This document shows, in pieces, positions 64,000-64,000 of a DNA stretch of 64,000 bases (position 1 is the stretch's first letter; each line of letters opens with the position of its first letter). This DNA is from Patescibacteria group bacterium. Its GTDB lineage: Bacteria; Patescibacteriota; Minisyncoccia; Minisyncoccales; Staskawiczbacteraceae. The stretch lies in assembly GCA_018895235.1 (NCBI GenBank), contig JAHIOM010000013.1:6527-70526 (forward strand), written 5' to 3'. A program made the position numbers and the translations under genes. Under the pieces are notes generated by a model. That model was given only the letters and a program-made list of their open reading frames with translations, was not told the origin of the DNA and did no database searches.

Positions 64000-64000
64000 A

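Noticed and set aside
1-64000. CRISPR array, cas genes, rRNA, prophage or IS transposase
   Set aside because: No regularly spaced direct repeats, rRNA signatures, phage structural genes or DDE/HUH transposase motifs were seen.

Overview
AT-rich bacterial chromosome segment (genetic code 11). Gene content and mostly SD-less housekeeping starts point to Patescibacteria/CPR, Parcubacteria-like (inference). Housekeeping genes include clpB, htrA, comEC, nrdDG, ftsA/ftsZ, ybeY, rpsU, hisS, lepB, pth, mfd, dprA, topA, a RelA/SpoT homolog, folD, glyA, iorAB, leuS, tatD and metG, plus tRNA-Tyr(GTA) and tRNA-Leu(CAA). Main points of interest: (1) A complete diversity-generating retroelement (RT, avd, TR, target gene with VR; 17 of 19 TR/VR differences at TR adenines). 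Its avd lies on the opposite strand and is put out of frame with its ATG by a C10 tract, a candidate phase-variable switch. (2) An aromatic amino-acid island (DAHP synthase, two TyrA-like genes, PheA, aminotransferase, TyrRS, tRNA-Tyr, a class Ic aaRS/CDPS-like orphan, racemase) with an unannotated Phe/Trp/Tyr-rich attenuator leader. (3) An accessory island with CsrA, an orphan response regulator and an unannotated micro-ORF operon ending in a FlgM-like protein. (4) A boxA-like plus Shine-Dalgarno leader shared by about 12 accessory genes. (5) Several families of small inverted-repeat elements, one carrying a GIY-YIG gene, often inserted at start codons. (6) A LAGLIDADG gene between a relic and the live 5' end of metG. 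All calls come from reading the sequence by eye; no database searches were run.
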